DNA of 64,000 nt from Leucoraja erinacea (lineage: Eukaryota): contig NC_073387.1 of the NCBI RefSeq assembly GCF_028641065.1, positions 22,010,001 to 22,074,000 of the forward strand. Reading direction: 5' to 3'. The stretch's first letter is position 1; each line of letters begins with the position of its first letter. Below, piece by piece: positions 34,125-46,221 of this stretch. The position numbers were made by a program, and so were the translations under genes. The notes beneath the pieces were generated by a model. It worked only from the letters and a program-made list of their open reading frames with translations. It did no database searches and was not told where the DNA came from.

Positions 34125-36506
34125 TCATTCGGCCTGAGACATGGGAGCACCGCATGGCTGCAAAAATAGAAAATCACTTTTCGCTGACTCTGGAGACAGG
34201 CAGACCGAGTATTGATGCGGTTCCGGCACGCGGACAACCCGGCCTGTCCCAGGATAGCGTAAAGTTTCCTCCATCGCAGGTCTTCCTTTATACGTATCTT
34301 GCGAATCTCCACGATTGTAACAATAACTGGGAGTGTTATACCCTTGGATAATACTTCTGTCCTGTTTACACTTGATCCCAATCAACAGAACGATGATCAG
34401 AAGAAAGACAACGGAAGTGCAACTGAAAATGATGATGAAATAAACATTTGGATCTGAGAAATATCCCGGATTTTTCACCAAGGCGCTGCTTTCCGTGATT
34501 CCTTCAGTGCTGTTCTCCAAAACTCTAATGTTCATTGTAACTGTACTGGACAGGCTTGGCTGCCCATTGTCCTTCACCAAGATGACCAGAGTATGTACAG
34601 GAGTATCTGTCTGTAAAATACTGCGCGCTGTTCTGATTTCACCTGAATTTTTCGTAACGGTGAACAAAGTGGGATCGGTAGATTTCACCATCTGATAAAA
34701 GATCCTTGCATTCTGACCAGAATCTGCATCAGTTGCCATTATCTTGGTGACCAAGTACCCTTGACCCGCTGACCGGGGCATAACCTCCTCTGCTGCTGAT
34801 CCACCTAGTTGTGAAGGTGAAACGATTACCGGCGCGTTGTCATTTTGATCCAGGATGATCACATTCACCGTGGCGCTGCTGCTTAGCGGAGGCAACCCAG
34901 CGTCACGCGCTTGTACAAGGATCTGGAACTGCTTGAGTTCCTCATAGTCAATGCCACGCAACAGATAAATGGTACCATTCATTGTGTTAATAGTCAGGTA
35001 AGTGGACACTGGTAGGATTTGGATGTAATTGTCCACAAAAGAGTAAGAAATATAGGAATTCTGCTCCTGATCAGGATCCAGTGCTGTTACTGCGAAAATG
35101 GATGCACCCGGAGCGTTATTCTCCATCACATACACGTTGTAGGATGATTCAGAAAACCGCGGGGCGTTATCATTTACATCGGTTATTGCAATGTTGATGG
35201 TTTTATTTGACGACAGTGAAGGCGATCCCAAGTCCCATGCCGAAATTAGTAATTTATACTGAGAAATCACTTCACGGTCCAACATTTCACTGGTAACCAA
35301 TGTATAATGTTTCAATGCTGTTTGTAGTCTAAAGGGAACGTTCTTGGGTAACTCGCAGCGGACTTGACCGTTCTCTCCAGAATCACGATCGATAACATCA
35401 ATGAACGTTATGAATGTTCCTGGTGGAGCATTTTCCGGGATTTTGTTGGAAGTTGATGTCACCTTAATCTCGGGTGCGTTATCGTTCACGTCAATGACCT
35501 TGATCAGCACGTTAGAATGTCCTGTCATTGAGGGCGAACCGTGGTCCACAGCTTGAACATCAAGAGAATAGCTGTTTGTTTCTTCAAAATCCAAGGGCCC
35601 ATCGACTCGAACCTCCCCACTGTCTGGATCTAAACTGAATACATTACGCGCTTTTCGCAAATCAACCTCACTAAAATAATATGTTATCTCAGCATTCAGC
35701 CCTTCGTCCAAATCATTTGCTTTGACCTTGAGCACCAAGGTACCATGCGGTGCGTCCTCGCTTACGCTGACCCTGTAAATGTCATCATCAAACACAGGTG
35801 CATTATCATTAATGTCGAACACAGTAACAAGAATCTGAGCGGTCCCTGTTCTCTGAGGAGTGCCATCGTCTGTCGCAGTAAGCAAGAGCTGAAAAGAAGA
35901 TTGCAGCTCTCGGTCCAAAGATTTATCTAACAGCAACTCTGGTACAAGAACATCGTTCTCGGTTCGGCGTGTCTTTATACTAAAATATTCGGTGAAACTG
36001 ATCGTGTAGGCGGCGACGGTATTCATTCCAATGTCGGGATCTTCGGCCCTCTCGAGACGGAAACGTACACCTGGTGCACTCAATTCCGATATCTGTAAGA
36101 CGATGCTGCCGTCTCCGAAAGTGGGGGAATTATCATTGACATCAAGAATCTCTAATTCCCCGCGGTACACCTCCAAAGGATTTTCCAGTGTTGTTTTAAA
36201 AGACAGAGTACACATTTCTGCTTGCCTACAGATACGTTCTCTATCGATTCTTTCACGAATAGATAATATTCCATTGTCCAAACTAACCTTCATGTAGCGC
36301 CCTCCGTCATCGGAGCTCAGTCGAAATTTACGAGCTGACAATTGCCGTACATTCAGGCCCAGATCTTGAGCAATATTCCCAACAAATGCCCCTTGCTCCA
36401 TTTCCTCGGGAATAGAGTAACGAATTTGCCCGGAAATTATATCCGTTGCACATATCAGAAACATGAATGCAAACATCTTGAATGGGAACCCCGGTAGATA
36501 CGCCAT
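34125..36506 (-). CDS. Protocadherin variable-type exon V6 (complete)
   Basis: ORF 34125-36575; likely start at 36506 (MAYLPGF). Confidence 0.95.
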   Translation of the reverse strand: MAYLPGFPFKMFAFMFLICATDIISGQIRYSIPEEMEQGAFVGNIAQDLGLNVRQLSARKFRLSSDDGGRYMKVSLDNGILSIRERIDRERICRQAEMCTLSFKTTLENPLEVYRGELEILDVNDNSPTFGDGSIVLQISELSAPGVRFRLERAEDPDIGMNTVAAYTISFTEYFSIKTRRTENDVLVPELLLDKSLDRELQSSFQLLLTATDDGTPQRTGTAQILVTVFDINDNAPVFDDDIYRVSVSEDAPHGTLVLKVKANDLDEGLNAEITYYFSEVDLRKARNVFSLDPDSGEVRVDGPLDFEETNSYSLDVQAVDHGSPSMTGHSNVLIKVIDVNDNAPEIKVTSTSNKIPENAPPGTFITFIDVIDRDSGENGQVRCELPKNVPFRLQTALKHYTLVTSEMLDREVISQYKLLISAWDLGSPSLSSNKTINIAITDVNDNAPRFSESSYNVYVMENNAPGASIFAVTALDPDQEQNSYISYSFVDNYIQILPVSTYLTINTMNGTIYLLRGIDYEELKQFQILVQARDAGLPPLSSSATVNVIILDQNDNAPVIVSPSQLGGSAAEEVMPRSAGQGYLVTKIMATDADSGQNARIFYQMVKSTDPTLFTVTKNSGEIRTARSILQTDTPVHTLVILVKDNGQPSLSSTVTMNIRVLENSTEGITESSALVKNPGYFSDPNVYFIIIFSCTSVVFLLIIVLLIGIKCKQDRSIIQGYNTPSYCYNRGDSQDTYKGRPAMEETLRYPGTGRVVRVPEPHQYSVCLSPESAKSDFLFLQPCGAPMSQAE

Positions 36507-36710
36507 TGTTCCGCATTCGATTAATGCTGAAAACCAGGCCAATCCTCGATTAATCGGTAAAACTGCTCTACCCACGAAATAGAAACATATATATTCTAAT
36601 TGCCGAGTCGAAACAGACAGCGAATGTATCCTCTGTAGTTTGATAACACGATAAAATGCAGAGACTGCTCGCCTTTCTCTTCGGGTCCGACGTTTTTATT
36701 CTGGGATGTA

Positions 36711-36799
36711 GGAGGGGCAATGGATCCATCAGCTTCCCATTGGTAGACAGCGACACAACCAGTTTTGTTCGACAACTGCAGCTATAATTCTTAAAGCTG
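36711..36799 (-). promoter_or_regulatory. V6 promoter (CSE-like, 10-bp spacer deletion)
   Basis: ggatccatc|agcttcccattggtagacagcgacac lacks the tgtggactcg/tgtggacttc present in V5/V3. Confidence 0.78.
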
Positions 36800-37399
36800 T
36801 ACTGTCCTAAACATTTAGTTCTGCATAGCCATGAAACGTATCATTCCCCGCTTCAATATTAGTTTTAGTACATATCCTCAAAAGTCATAACAGGTGTGTT
36901 TGCAGTGTATTTTGGCCTGAAGTGGTAAAACCGTTCGTTCACTCGAAGTTTATGATGTTCCTAGTATATAGGATAGTGGCGGTGTACGGGGTGATCGATG
37001 GTCTGCGTGGATTCGGTGGACCGAAGAGCCTGTTTCCGCACTGTATCTCTAAACTAAAACTAAAGTCACGAACACCACTTTTGACCAGCAAGAAGTTAGT
37101 CGCGGTAAACTTGATTATTTTGAATTCCCGTTTGCTTTCAGAATCTGCGTGCTTTCATTCCAAGGGGTCCCTGGTTGCAAATCTCAAAGATACGATTCAA
37201 TTGCGCATTGGTTCATAGATAATTTCTCCTTTAAAACTTGCCTGAGTAAAATCGAATCTCTCGTTACCACGAGAGGTTTGCAGGTACGAATTGGCAGCAG
37301 CATTTTAATGGGTCATTCATTTATTGCGCACGAAATCATAACCTACACCCGATGGTTTCGATATATATTCGTTAACTGGAACCCGCTGCCAGAGAATAT

Positions 37400-38830
37400 T
37401 AAGCATAGAACAGTAGAGCGCGGGATAAGGTATTTCTGCCCACAATGTCCGTGCTGAAAATGATGCCAAGTTAACTTCTCTGCCTGCACGTGATCCCTAT
37501 CCCTCCATTCTCTGCGTGTTAATATGCCTATTTAAATAGTTCTTGAATGCCACTATCGTATTTGCAAACATAACCATCGTCACAAAGCATTCCAGTCAAC
37601 CACCCCCGTGTGTGTAAAAAAACGTGCCGCGCACAACTTATTCAAAGTTTACCCCTCTAGCCTTCAAGCTCTATCCGTTCGACATTTACATTTACTCCCT
37701 GGGAAAGTAGTTCCGTCATGATCACGACTATTCTATTTATAAATTCTACTCTTTATTTCTAACTCCCTACTCTCACCTTACAACCTGTTTTTCATTACTC
37801 CATGTATATATTCGTCCTAAAAATACTCAAAATGAATACCAATGACTCGTAGTCACCCTCGAATCATACAAAATGAGTACGTTTAAGAGGAATTTAGACA
37901 CCAAAAATAAACAGAACATGGACGCATATGGTCTTAAAGCGGTCAAGTAAAATTCGTGTTGATACGTCTAAAGGTTATGGGTGATTATCCCATCTATGCC
38001 TCTCATGGTTTTATAAACTTATATCAGGCCTCTTCTCATCCTCCAATGCACAAGACAAAGCAATCCAAGTTTGTTCAGCTTTCGCCTATAGCTAATAGTC
38101 TCAGATCTAGGCAGCAACTGGTAAACATAATCTGCATGATCTCCACAGTACAACACCGCAATAGGCCCTTTGTTCCACAATGTTGGGCCAAAAATGATAC
38201 GAAAGTTAAACGTCTGAATATGATCCATATTCCTTGCACTTTCATGCGCCTATCGATAAGCCTCTTAAATGCCATTATTGTTTCAGCCGCCGCCACCAGC
38301 CCTGACAACGTGTATCAGACCCTCAACACTCTCTGTATAAAAGATGTGCCCCGCAAACGTATGTCTTCATTAAATATCTTCCCTCTTATCGTAGAGCTAT
38401 GCCCTCTAGTGTTGGACATTTCGACCCCGGGAAAATGGTTCTGAATGTTTACTCTATCTATGCCTCTCGTGATTTTATTTTACTTCTATCAAGTCGCCGA
38501 AGTTTCCGAGAAAACAATTAAAATTCACCACTTGTAACTGAAACCCTCTAATCCAAGCAGCATTCCGGTAAACCTCCTCTGCACCTTCTCCAATGCCACC
38601 CAACCAAAATTACAAGCAACACCCCATATGCTGCCTAACCAAAGTCTTATAGAGTTGTAAGATGGCTTCCAGACTTGTGCGTAATGCCCCTAGCACTGAT
38701 GGCAAGGATACCATATGTTTTCTTTACCATCATGAGGTATAAACGTCGACTCCAAGACCCCTCTGCACATCAGTACTATTGAGGCTCTTGCTATTAACCT
38801 CACATTGAACCTCCCAAAGTGCTAAACGTC
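37400..38830 (-). mobile_element. Several old, nested CR1-like fragments
   Basis: ISYRRKLNKLGLLCLVHWRMRRGLI and other degenerate CR1 3' signatures. Confidence 0.55.
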
Positions 38831-39374
38831 ACACACTCTCCACATGCTTCAAGTAATGGGTAATCAGAAACGTAAAGTATAGTCTATTTGCGACCTAAGC
38901 AATATGTGTTTTAACAGCTTGACATTATGTCCTTAGTACTCAATGTCCGTTCCCTTCTCACCATCCATGTATCCAATTTTTGTTTTGGTTTAACAACAAT
39001 TCATTTATATTTCTTCCAATATGTTGCACGATACTCAATGCTCGAAATATGTTCACTTCTACTTTGAAGAAACCAAATGTCGATTATTTGAAGTATCTTC
39101 AAAACGATATCTTCAAAAGTATCTTCCGTCAGTCCGCAAAATGAGCCTGTTTCCAGTCGCATTTCGCTTTAGTTCTCACCCCCACTGTAACTATATTCTC
39201 CCTGGTTTATCATCCTGTTATGTTGAAACCCCAATTACGCAGAGCGAAGGCAATTAGATTGTATCTGAACTGGCCAATTCGGTTCAAATGTGAACAACCT
39301 AACGCACTACATGCTTTTCTGTCCGTTCTCCTATCTACAGCAATTGAGTGTTCAGTTCGTTTGTGCGCTGCTGC

Positions 39375-40015
39375 CACCGTCACCACCACCATCATTATCA
39401 TCATCAGCATCATCAATGATCACTCGAAGTTGAGTATGATATCCTCCTGATTGTTCATGCCTGTTGGGCTTGAAATGGCCGAAGAGACCGATCCCGGAGC
39501 AACTAACTTTAGTCCTACAGGTGAACGGCTGTGCATGACATATTTTAACATGGGGAGACTGATGCATTGAGATTCATCATAACGGTTCTCGACAGAGGCA
39601 AACCAGAGTCCAATGGCATGTACTCCACAACAGTTCGGAGCCTCTCCCTGCTGCAATCCTATTCCGACTTCTCAGCAGTGGTAGTGCTCCACCTGCTGGC
39701 CAGTCACCATTCATGCGCCTGTTCCATCGTTGAAGTTTTCCTCTTCGTTCGAGCTTTGTCAAGGGTGACCCTATTACCCTGCTCGGAGTGCTCACGCGGT
39801 TTCTCAGGATTTTTGTGTACACAAGCTTCTGCACGATAAGGTGGCAACTCTCGGAGAATTGCGGCTGTACTGCATGCCTCTGTTTTTGCTTTCATTTGTT
39901 CTTGGATTAACTATTCATCTCCTTCATTTTGCATGTCACCGAGACGAGTTGTCTCCATCAACAAGCCCTATCTTAGCCCAGCACACCAGTTTGTGTCATG
40001 AACTTGGCATCAATC
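39375..40015 (-). mobile_element. Decayed RTE-like LINE 3' end with (GAT)n tail
   Basis: C..SGIGLFGH resembles the RTE terminal zinc-finger RIGLxSH; it is followed by catactcaacttcgag and a (GAT)n-like tail. Many stops. Confidence 0.55.
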
Positions 40016-40138
40016 ACATTTGTCCTATGCCTATCTAACCCTTCCCCTCGCACGCCGTGGGCCTTTACACAGATTTATTTTTGTTTCATGTTTAGCATTG
40101 GAGATCTAACCTTCACTCTAATTAAGATCATAGTCGTT

Positions 40139-40581
40139 GTATGTTGAATTATGACACATCAACTTCTCATTTCCTTTTTGTATTCCAGCGTACTATTCAC
40201 TTCTGCAAAGATCTATTCGTCTCTCCTTATGCGTTCGAACAAAGTACATGACTTCTTGCACATCTCAGCAGTAAATTCATTCAGCTTTGTCTGTCCATTA
40301 TGCCTGCCTATAAAAGTATTCATGCAAACCTTTGCTTACCGTTTACGATGCTCTCTAGCCTTGTGAATGGTATGTTGAATTATACACATCAACTTTCATG
40401 TGGTTCTGTTCCAGCGTGCTCATTGCAAAGATCTAATGGTCTCTCCTTATGCGAACAAAGTACATGACTTCTTGCACACCTCAGCAGTAAATTCATTCTG
40501 CTTTGTCTGTCCATTATGCCTGCCTATAAAAGTATTCATGCAAACCTTTGCTTACCGTTTACGATGCTCTCTAGCCTTGTG
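40139..40581. repeat. Local ~220 bp tandem duplication followed by poly-C (40615-40720)
   Basis: gtatgttgaattat...ctctctagccttgtg occurs at 40139-40365 and 40370-40581. Confidence 0.85.
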
Positions 40582-40636
40582 TCCCCCAAACTTCAGAATT
40601 CTACCCTGCACCAACCCCCCCTAAGTTCCCCCCCCC

Positions 40637-40670
<34 letters not shown>

Positions 40671-42062
40671 ACCCCACCCCCCCCCCCCCCCCCCCCGCCC
40701 CCCCCCACCACCACCACCACCGCCGCCACCATGGCTATAGATGTATACACCGAAACACATACCCCCGACCATGTATCAGCCCAATACTGATTAATTTCTT
40801 CGCATGACACGTGTCACACACTTCACTTTCTTCCCCCTTTGTCGTCCAAGCAACCATATATTTCTCTCATCTCTGGCTCTTGTGAGAACATGTCAAGGAA
40901 CAAAAGGCATGCAATGGAAATTTACATTCGAACATGCACACTATTAATGCTTCATGGAGAACTCGCTTAGATGTTAAAAGGACCTTTAATTGTTTTTCTT
41001 CACGTTAACATTAAAGACACACGCCACCCTCTATTATTCTCTCCATACCTGAAGCCAGGATATTTCCTGCATTTGTATAATCTAGCAAATATTATTCATT
41101 TTCGTCCATTGATTCATTCTCGTGTCTTTGCTAAGCAATTTCAACTGAACAACATAGAATTGTAGAAATATTTCCGTATAAATATCATTCCAGCCAACGA
41201 CAGTTCATTTTAAGGCTAGATCATCAGTTCTAGTTTCCAAAACGTGTCTCATGATCGAACAACTAAATCCATCGATGCCTATCGAATTCCCTTTTGTGGG
41301 TAGAGATTTATCTTTCCTTCGTGGCCTTAGAGACCCCTTCACTCTCTCAGAATATTCGAATAACATTTGAATTCTTTTGAATAATGGACATCATCGTCCA
41401 TGCATTTATGTTCCATAATGCTCATTGCAAAAGTACAGTTTCGCTCTATTGTCTCTACTTATACTTTCGAGCATGCACACTAAATTTCCATTCTGGTATG
41501 CACACTATTACCACTATTAACACTCTAATTAGCATTATTGGATGCTGATAGGGCCTTTAGTCCTTTTTTCCCCTTACGTTGGAAGTTAAAGACTTACATG
41601 TGGCCACTATATCTCCGAGATTTCAAGCAACTGACATGCGATTAGCAACACAATTGGGAGAGTACGTTAAAAAAAAAATGACCGGCAGCTCACTAACAAG
41701 TAAAACAAACACCTAAGTCGGACGCCGATGTTACTTATTACGGGAAACATCTATCCTTCATTTTGTCTTTTTGGGCATCAATATTTATATTGCAGCACGA
41801 ACTGGGTTCTTTAAGATAAATGGACTTGTTTTACTGCCATGCTGGAATCTTGAGCGAAACCCAAAGTACCGTAGTAACCCAGCGGGTCAGGCAGCATCAG
41901 TGGAGAACATGGAGAGGCCGCGTTTCGGGTCGGATTCATTTTTACGTCTCTGGAATTTTGGGGCTTTGTTACCATCAGTTTTTAGAACTTAATTTTCACC
42001 GATTCCATTTCCTGGATTTAAAAACAGAAATCCAAGATTTGATGTCACCGGGCCTTTACAGA

Positions 42063-44448
42063 TTAACACTGGAGCTGAGATATCGGCGTTGGGAATGGCT
42101 TCAAAAAAAGGAAATCACTCTTCGCTGATTCTGGAGTCAAGCAAACAGAATAGTGTTGAGTGTCTGGCATGCAGACCATCGCGCTTGCCCTGGTATCATC
42201 GAAGTATTCCTTCACTTGGGCTCTTGGACGTAAGTTGTCGTTCGAATCTTCCAGGCTGCAGCAACAACTGGGAGGATTGTAATCATGGGTGACATTTCTC
42301 TCTTGGTTACACTTGATGCAAATCAACAGAATGATGGTCACAAGAAACAGGACGGAAGTGCAACCGAAAATGACGATTAAATATAGATTAAGATCAGAAT
42401 TTTTTTCGGGATGCGTTACAAAATTACTGCTTCCAGTGGTTCTTTCAGAAATGTTCTCCATAATGTTAAGGAACATTGTAACCGTGCTGGAAAGGCTGGG
42501 TTGCCCATTGTCCTTAACTAAGATGACGAGAGTTTGTCTGGCTTTATCGGACTCCAAAATATTCCGAGTTGTTCTAATTTCACCCGAGTTTCGCCCAACA
42601 TTGAATAAACTGGGATCAGTAAATTTCTGCATTTGGAAGGAGAGCCGCGCATTCTGACCAGAATCTGCATCAGTTGCCATTATCTTGGTGACCAAGTACC
42701 CTTGGCCCGCTGACTGAGGCACGATCTCCACTGTTGTTGATCCACTCTGTTCTGAAGTTGAAACAATTACCGGCAGGTTGTCATTTTGATCCAGGATGAT
42801 CACATTCATTGTGGCGCTGCTGCTTAGCGGGGGTACCCCGGCGTCACGGGCTTGTACGCGGATCTGGAAGTGTTTTATATTCTCGTAGTCAAAAGAGCGC
42901 AGCGCGTAAATAGTACCATTTATGGGATTAACGTTGAAATAGCTTGACACCGGCCAGTCTTCGACAAGGCTCTCTATAATAGCATAAGAAACATACGAGT
43001 TCTGGTCCAAATCAGGATCTGAAGCAGTTACTGCGAAAATAGAAGCACCAGGAGCGTTGTTCTCCATCACGTACATGGTGTAGGAGGGTTGGGCAAACCT
43101 GGGGGCGTTATCATTTATATCGGAAACCCACACCTGGATAGTTTTATTTCCTGATCTCGGCGGAGACCCCGAATCCCAGGCTAACAGAGGAATATTGTAT
43201 ACTGCACAAGTTTCACGGTCTAACGAGTCATTGGTAATTAGTTTATAATGATTACCGGGAGATGTCTGCAACTTAAAGGGAATTTTCACTGGAATCTGAA
43301 AGTTCACGTCTCCATTCCGTCCAGAATCGCGATCGATGACATTGATCAGTGCGATCAGTGTCCCGCTCACGGCATTCTCTGGAACCTTGGGTGTCACTAA
43401 ATTCACTTCTATTTCCGGCGCGTTATCATTTACATCAGTTACTTTGATCTGGACTTTGCAGTGCCCTGCAATAGCTGGCGCACCTTTGTCCACAGCTTCA
43501 ACGCCCAGAGTGTAGCTGCTTGCTCCTTCGAAGTCGAGCGTTCCTTTAACTCTCATCTCTCCTGTCCACTGATCCAAATTGAACAATTCTTGCACTTTCA
43601 GTGAAGCGAGGCTGCTGGAAGAATATGTTACCTCTGCGTTCAGGCCTTCATCTGCATCCGAGGCGTGCACAGTGACCACAGCGGTGTCACTGGGTGAGTT
43701 TTCCATCAGGCTGGCTTTGTACAGCTTCCGATCGAAAACCGGCGCGTTATCGTTGCTGTCCAACACAGTAATGACAACCCGAGCTGTCCCGGACCTCCGA
43801 GGGCTTCCTCCGTCAACGGCGGTCAGCACCAACTGAAAAGATGACTGTCTCTCACGATCCAAGGGTTTCTCCAATAATAACTCCGCAATTGTAATGCCCT
43901 CTTCCGTGGTCTCCGTTTTCAGGGTAAAGTGTTCATTACGGCTGATCAAGTAAGTGGTGACTGCATTTACCCCCACGTCCGGATCGAGGGTGCTCTCTAG
44001 CGGAAAGCGAGAGCCTGCTGCAATGGATTCAGCCATCTGCAAGCGAACGGCGCCTTCCGGGAAACTGGGCGAATTATCGTTTATATCGACAATCTCCACT
44101 TCACCGTGGAATATTTCTGGCGAATGCTCAATCACAATTTGAAACGAAAGAATACAGGTAGGGATTGGTCCACAAAGCTTCTCTCTATCCATCCTCTCGT
44201 TGACAAACAAACCCCCATTCTCTAAATTTAACTCCGCGTATGGCTTAATATCGCCGGAGACAAGCCGGCCTCTGCGAGTCAGCAATTCTCCAACGTTCAA
44301 ACCCAAATCTTCAGCGATGTTACCGATCTCTGCTCCTCGTTCCAGCTCTTCGGGAACCGTGTAGCGAATCTGTCCGAAAACCCATGTCTAATGCACTGAC
44401 AATTACAGCGAAAGACAGCAGGGCGTTCTTGCCGTGCACATTCGCCAT
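42063..44448 (-). pseudogene. Protocadherin exon V7 (divergent subtype), frameshift in the signal peptide
   Basis: The conserved ACAATGGCG at 44448 (MANVHGKNALLSFAVIVSALD) is out of frame with VFGQIRYTVPEE... and stops at 44320-44322. The rest (EC1 to tail) is open. Confidence 0.8.
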
Positions 44449-44646
44449 TGTTGCGGGTCCGGTTTAATTCCAAGAAGGACGAATTTATTTCGTCACACGT
44501 TTGCGCAACACAACAGCCAATATGTCTATCAATACCTCGTCCAGCAGAAATGACAGTCGTGTCCTCTGTCCTTCAAAAAAAGGTCGCGCAAAATAAATAA
44601 GACACCGAGTCTCCTCCGTGTGATTCTGCTTTCGTTCAATGGCGCG

Positions 44647-44746
44647 GGTGGAGCAATAGATCTCTCGTTACAGTCCGAATCTTGATTGGTGGATAGCGAC
44701 ACAGGGAGTTCTTCTCAATAATTAAACCAGGAATTCTTAAAGCTGG
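44647..44746 (-). promoter_or_regulatory. V7 promoter (CSE-like)
   Basis: CTTTAAGAA...GTGTCGCTATCCACCAAT...GATCTATTGCTCCACC. Confidence 0.75.
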
Positions 44747-45959
44747 ACGGTTCCACTGACAGCGGCGGGCTCCTTTTTAAGAGTGCGCAAAAAATAAGTT
44801 CCCTTCAAATGACGAAGGAAGATGCTCAGATGTCTGCAGGTCTATAATCGTCGCCACAGCCTTGAATTGTTAAATTTGTTGAAAAGGTTCCCTAGCCACG
44901 TCAATTGCATATGGATTTTCGTCAATAATTTCCCTTCAAATTAAACAGAAAGCTACACATTAAAAAAACCCCATATTCTTATATTTAAAAAACGTGCCAT
45001 CTCGACAATAGCCATGGACTTTTCTGAGAACCTTCTCACCCTCAACTACTCTGAGTTTGAGTTTAGTTTATTGTCATTTGTACCGAGGAACAGTGAAGAG
45101 CTTTTGTTGTGTGCTAACCTGTCAGCAGAACGACAATACAAGGTTACGATCGAGCCATTCGCTGTATACAGATACATAATAAAAGAAGGAACGTGAATAA
45201 CGCTCAGTGCAAGATAAAGCCAGTGAAGTCCGATCAAAGGTAGACCGAAGGTCTCAATGAGGTAGATAGTAGTTCGCGGCTGCTCTCTGATTGTAGTAGG
45301 GTGGTTAAGATGTATTCCCCAAGTCGAGTATGCGCAGTGTGGCATTCTGTATCCCAGTTCTAAAATAAGTGCCTGAGAACAATTTAATCCACAGTGGCAC
45401 ACAGTCAACGCTATAAAATCAGAGCCGGCACTGATACGGTCTGGCCTTATTTCGCCTCCACCCCGACCACTACTTTCAGTCTGAAGAAGGATTCCGTCTC
45501 GAAACGTTACCTACTACTTTTCCCCAGAGATGCTGCCTATCCCACTGCGTTACTCCAGCATTTTGTGTCTATGTTCGGTATAAACCAGCATCAGTTGTTC
45601 CTTGTGTATATGTTAATACATAAAACTATATTGATACTGTTGGCTCCAACCTATATGTGTGTGGGGGGAGGGGTCAACAACAGTGAAACCTCCTTGAGAG
45701 TATAGTCATAGTCATACCAACACCGACCAACATGTCCGTCCCATCTCCACTGGTCCCACCTGCCTGCGTTTGGCCCATATCCATCTGAATCTGTCCTATC
45801 CATGTACCTCTCTAAATGTTTCTTAAACGATGCAATAATACCTGCTGAGGTACCTGATGGGTCAATAAGTTCACGTCGTCTTTGTTATAGTCATGTTTTC
45901 TGACAGGTTGCTCATAATATTTTACAATGATAATAATCGGATGTATGGTCAGAAACCGC

Positions 45960-46221
45960 CTTGGGGGCTCTCCCGACGCCGGAGCACCATCACCCGGCGA
46001 GAACATCGGGCGCCGTGGCGGCGACTGTGGAGGCCTCAATAGGCCCGACTTTGGGTGGACAAGAGGATGGGGACTGGACTTTTGGTGTTGAATTTCTTCT
46101 TGAATGTTATGTTGTATTTTTATTAGTGTGCTGCAAGGACATCTGAATTTCCCCTGAATAAGGGGATTAATAAAGTCTAATCTAATCTAATCTAATCTAA
46201 TCTAATCTAATCTAATCTAAA
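45960..46221 (+). mobile_element. Short non-LTR/SINE-like element with AATAAA and (TCTAA)n tail
   Basis: Microsatellite at 46176-46220; body similar to 3820-3930. Confidence 0.5.

Noticed and set aside
39420-39656. Minus-strand ORF ending KLVAPGSVSSAISS...NQEDIILNFE, loosely like the Pcdh-alpha constant region (KFIIPGSPAIISI) and placed between subtypes
   Set aside because: Another frame gives an RTE-like IGLFGH motif followed by a (GAT)n tail; there are multiple stops and no clear splice acceptor. A decayed LINE explains it better.
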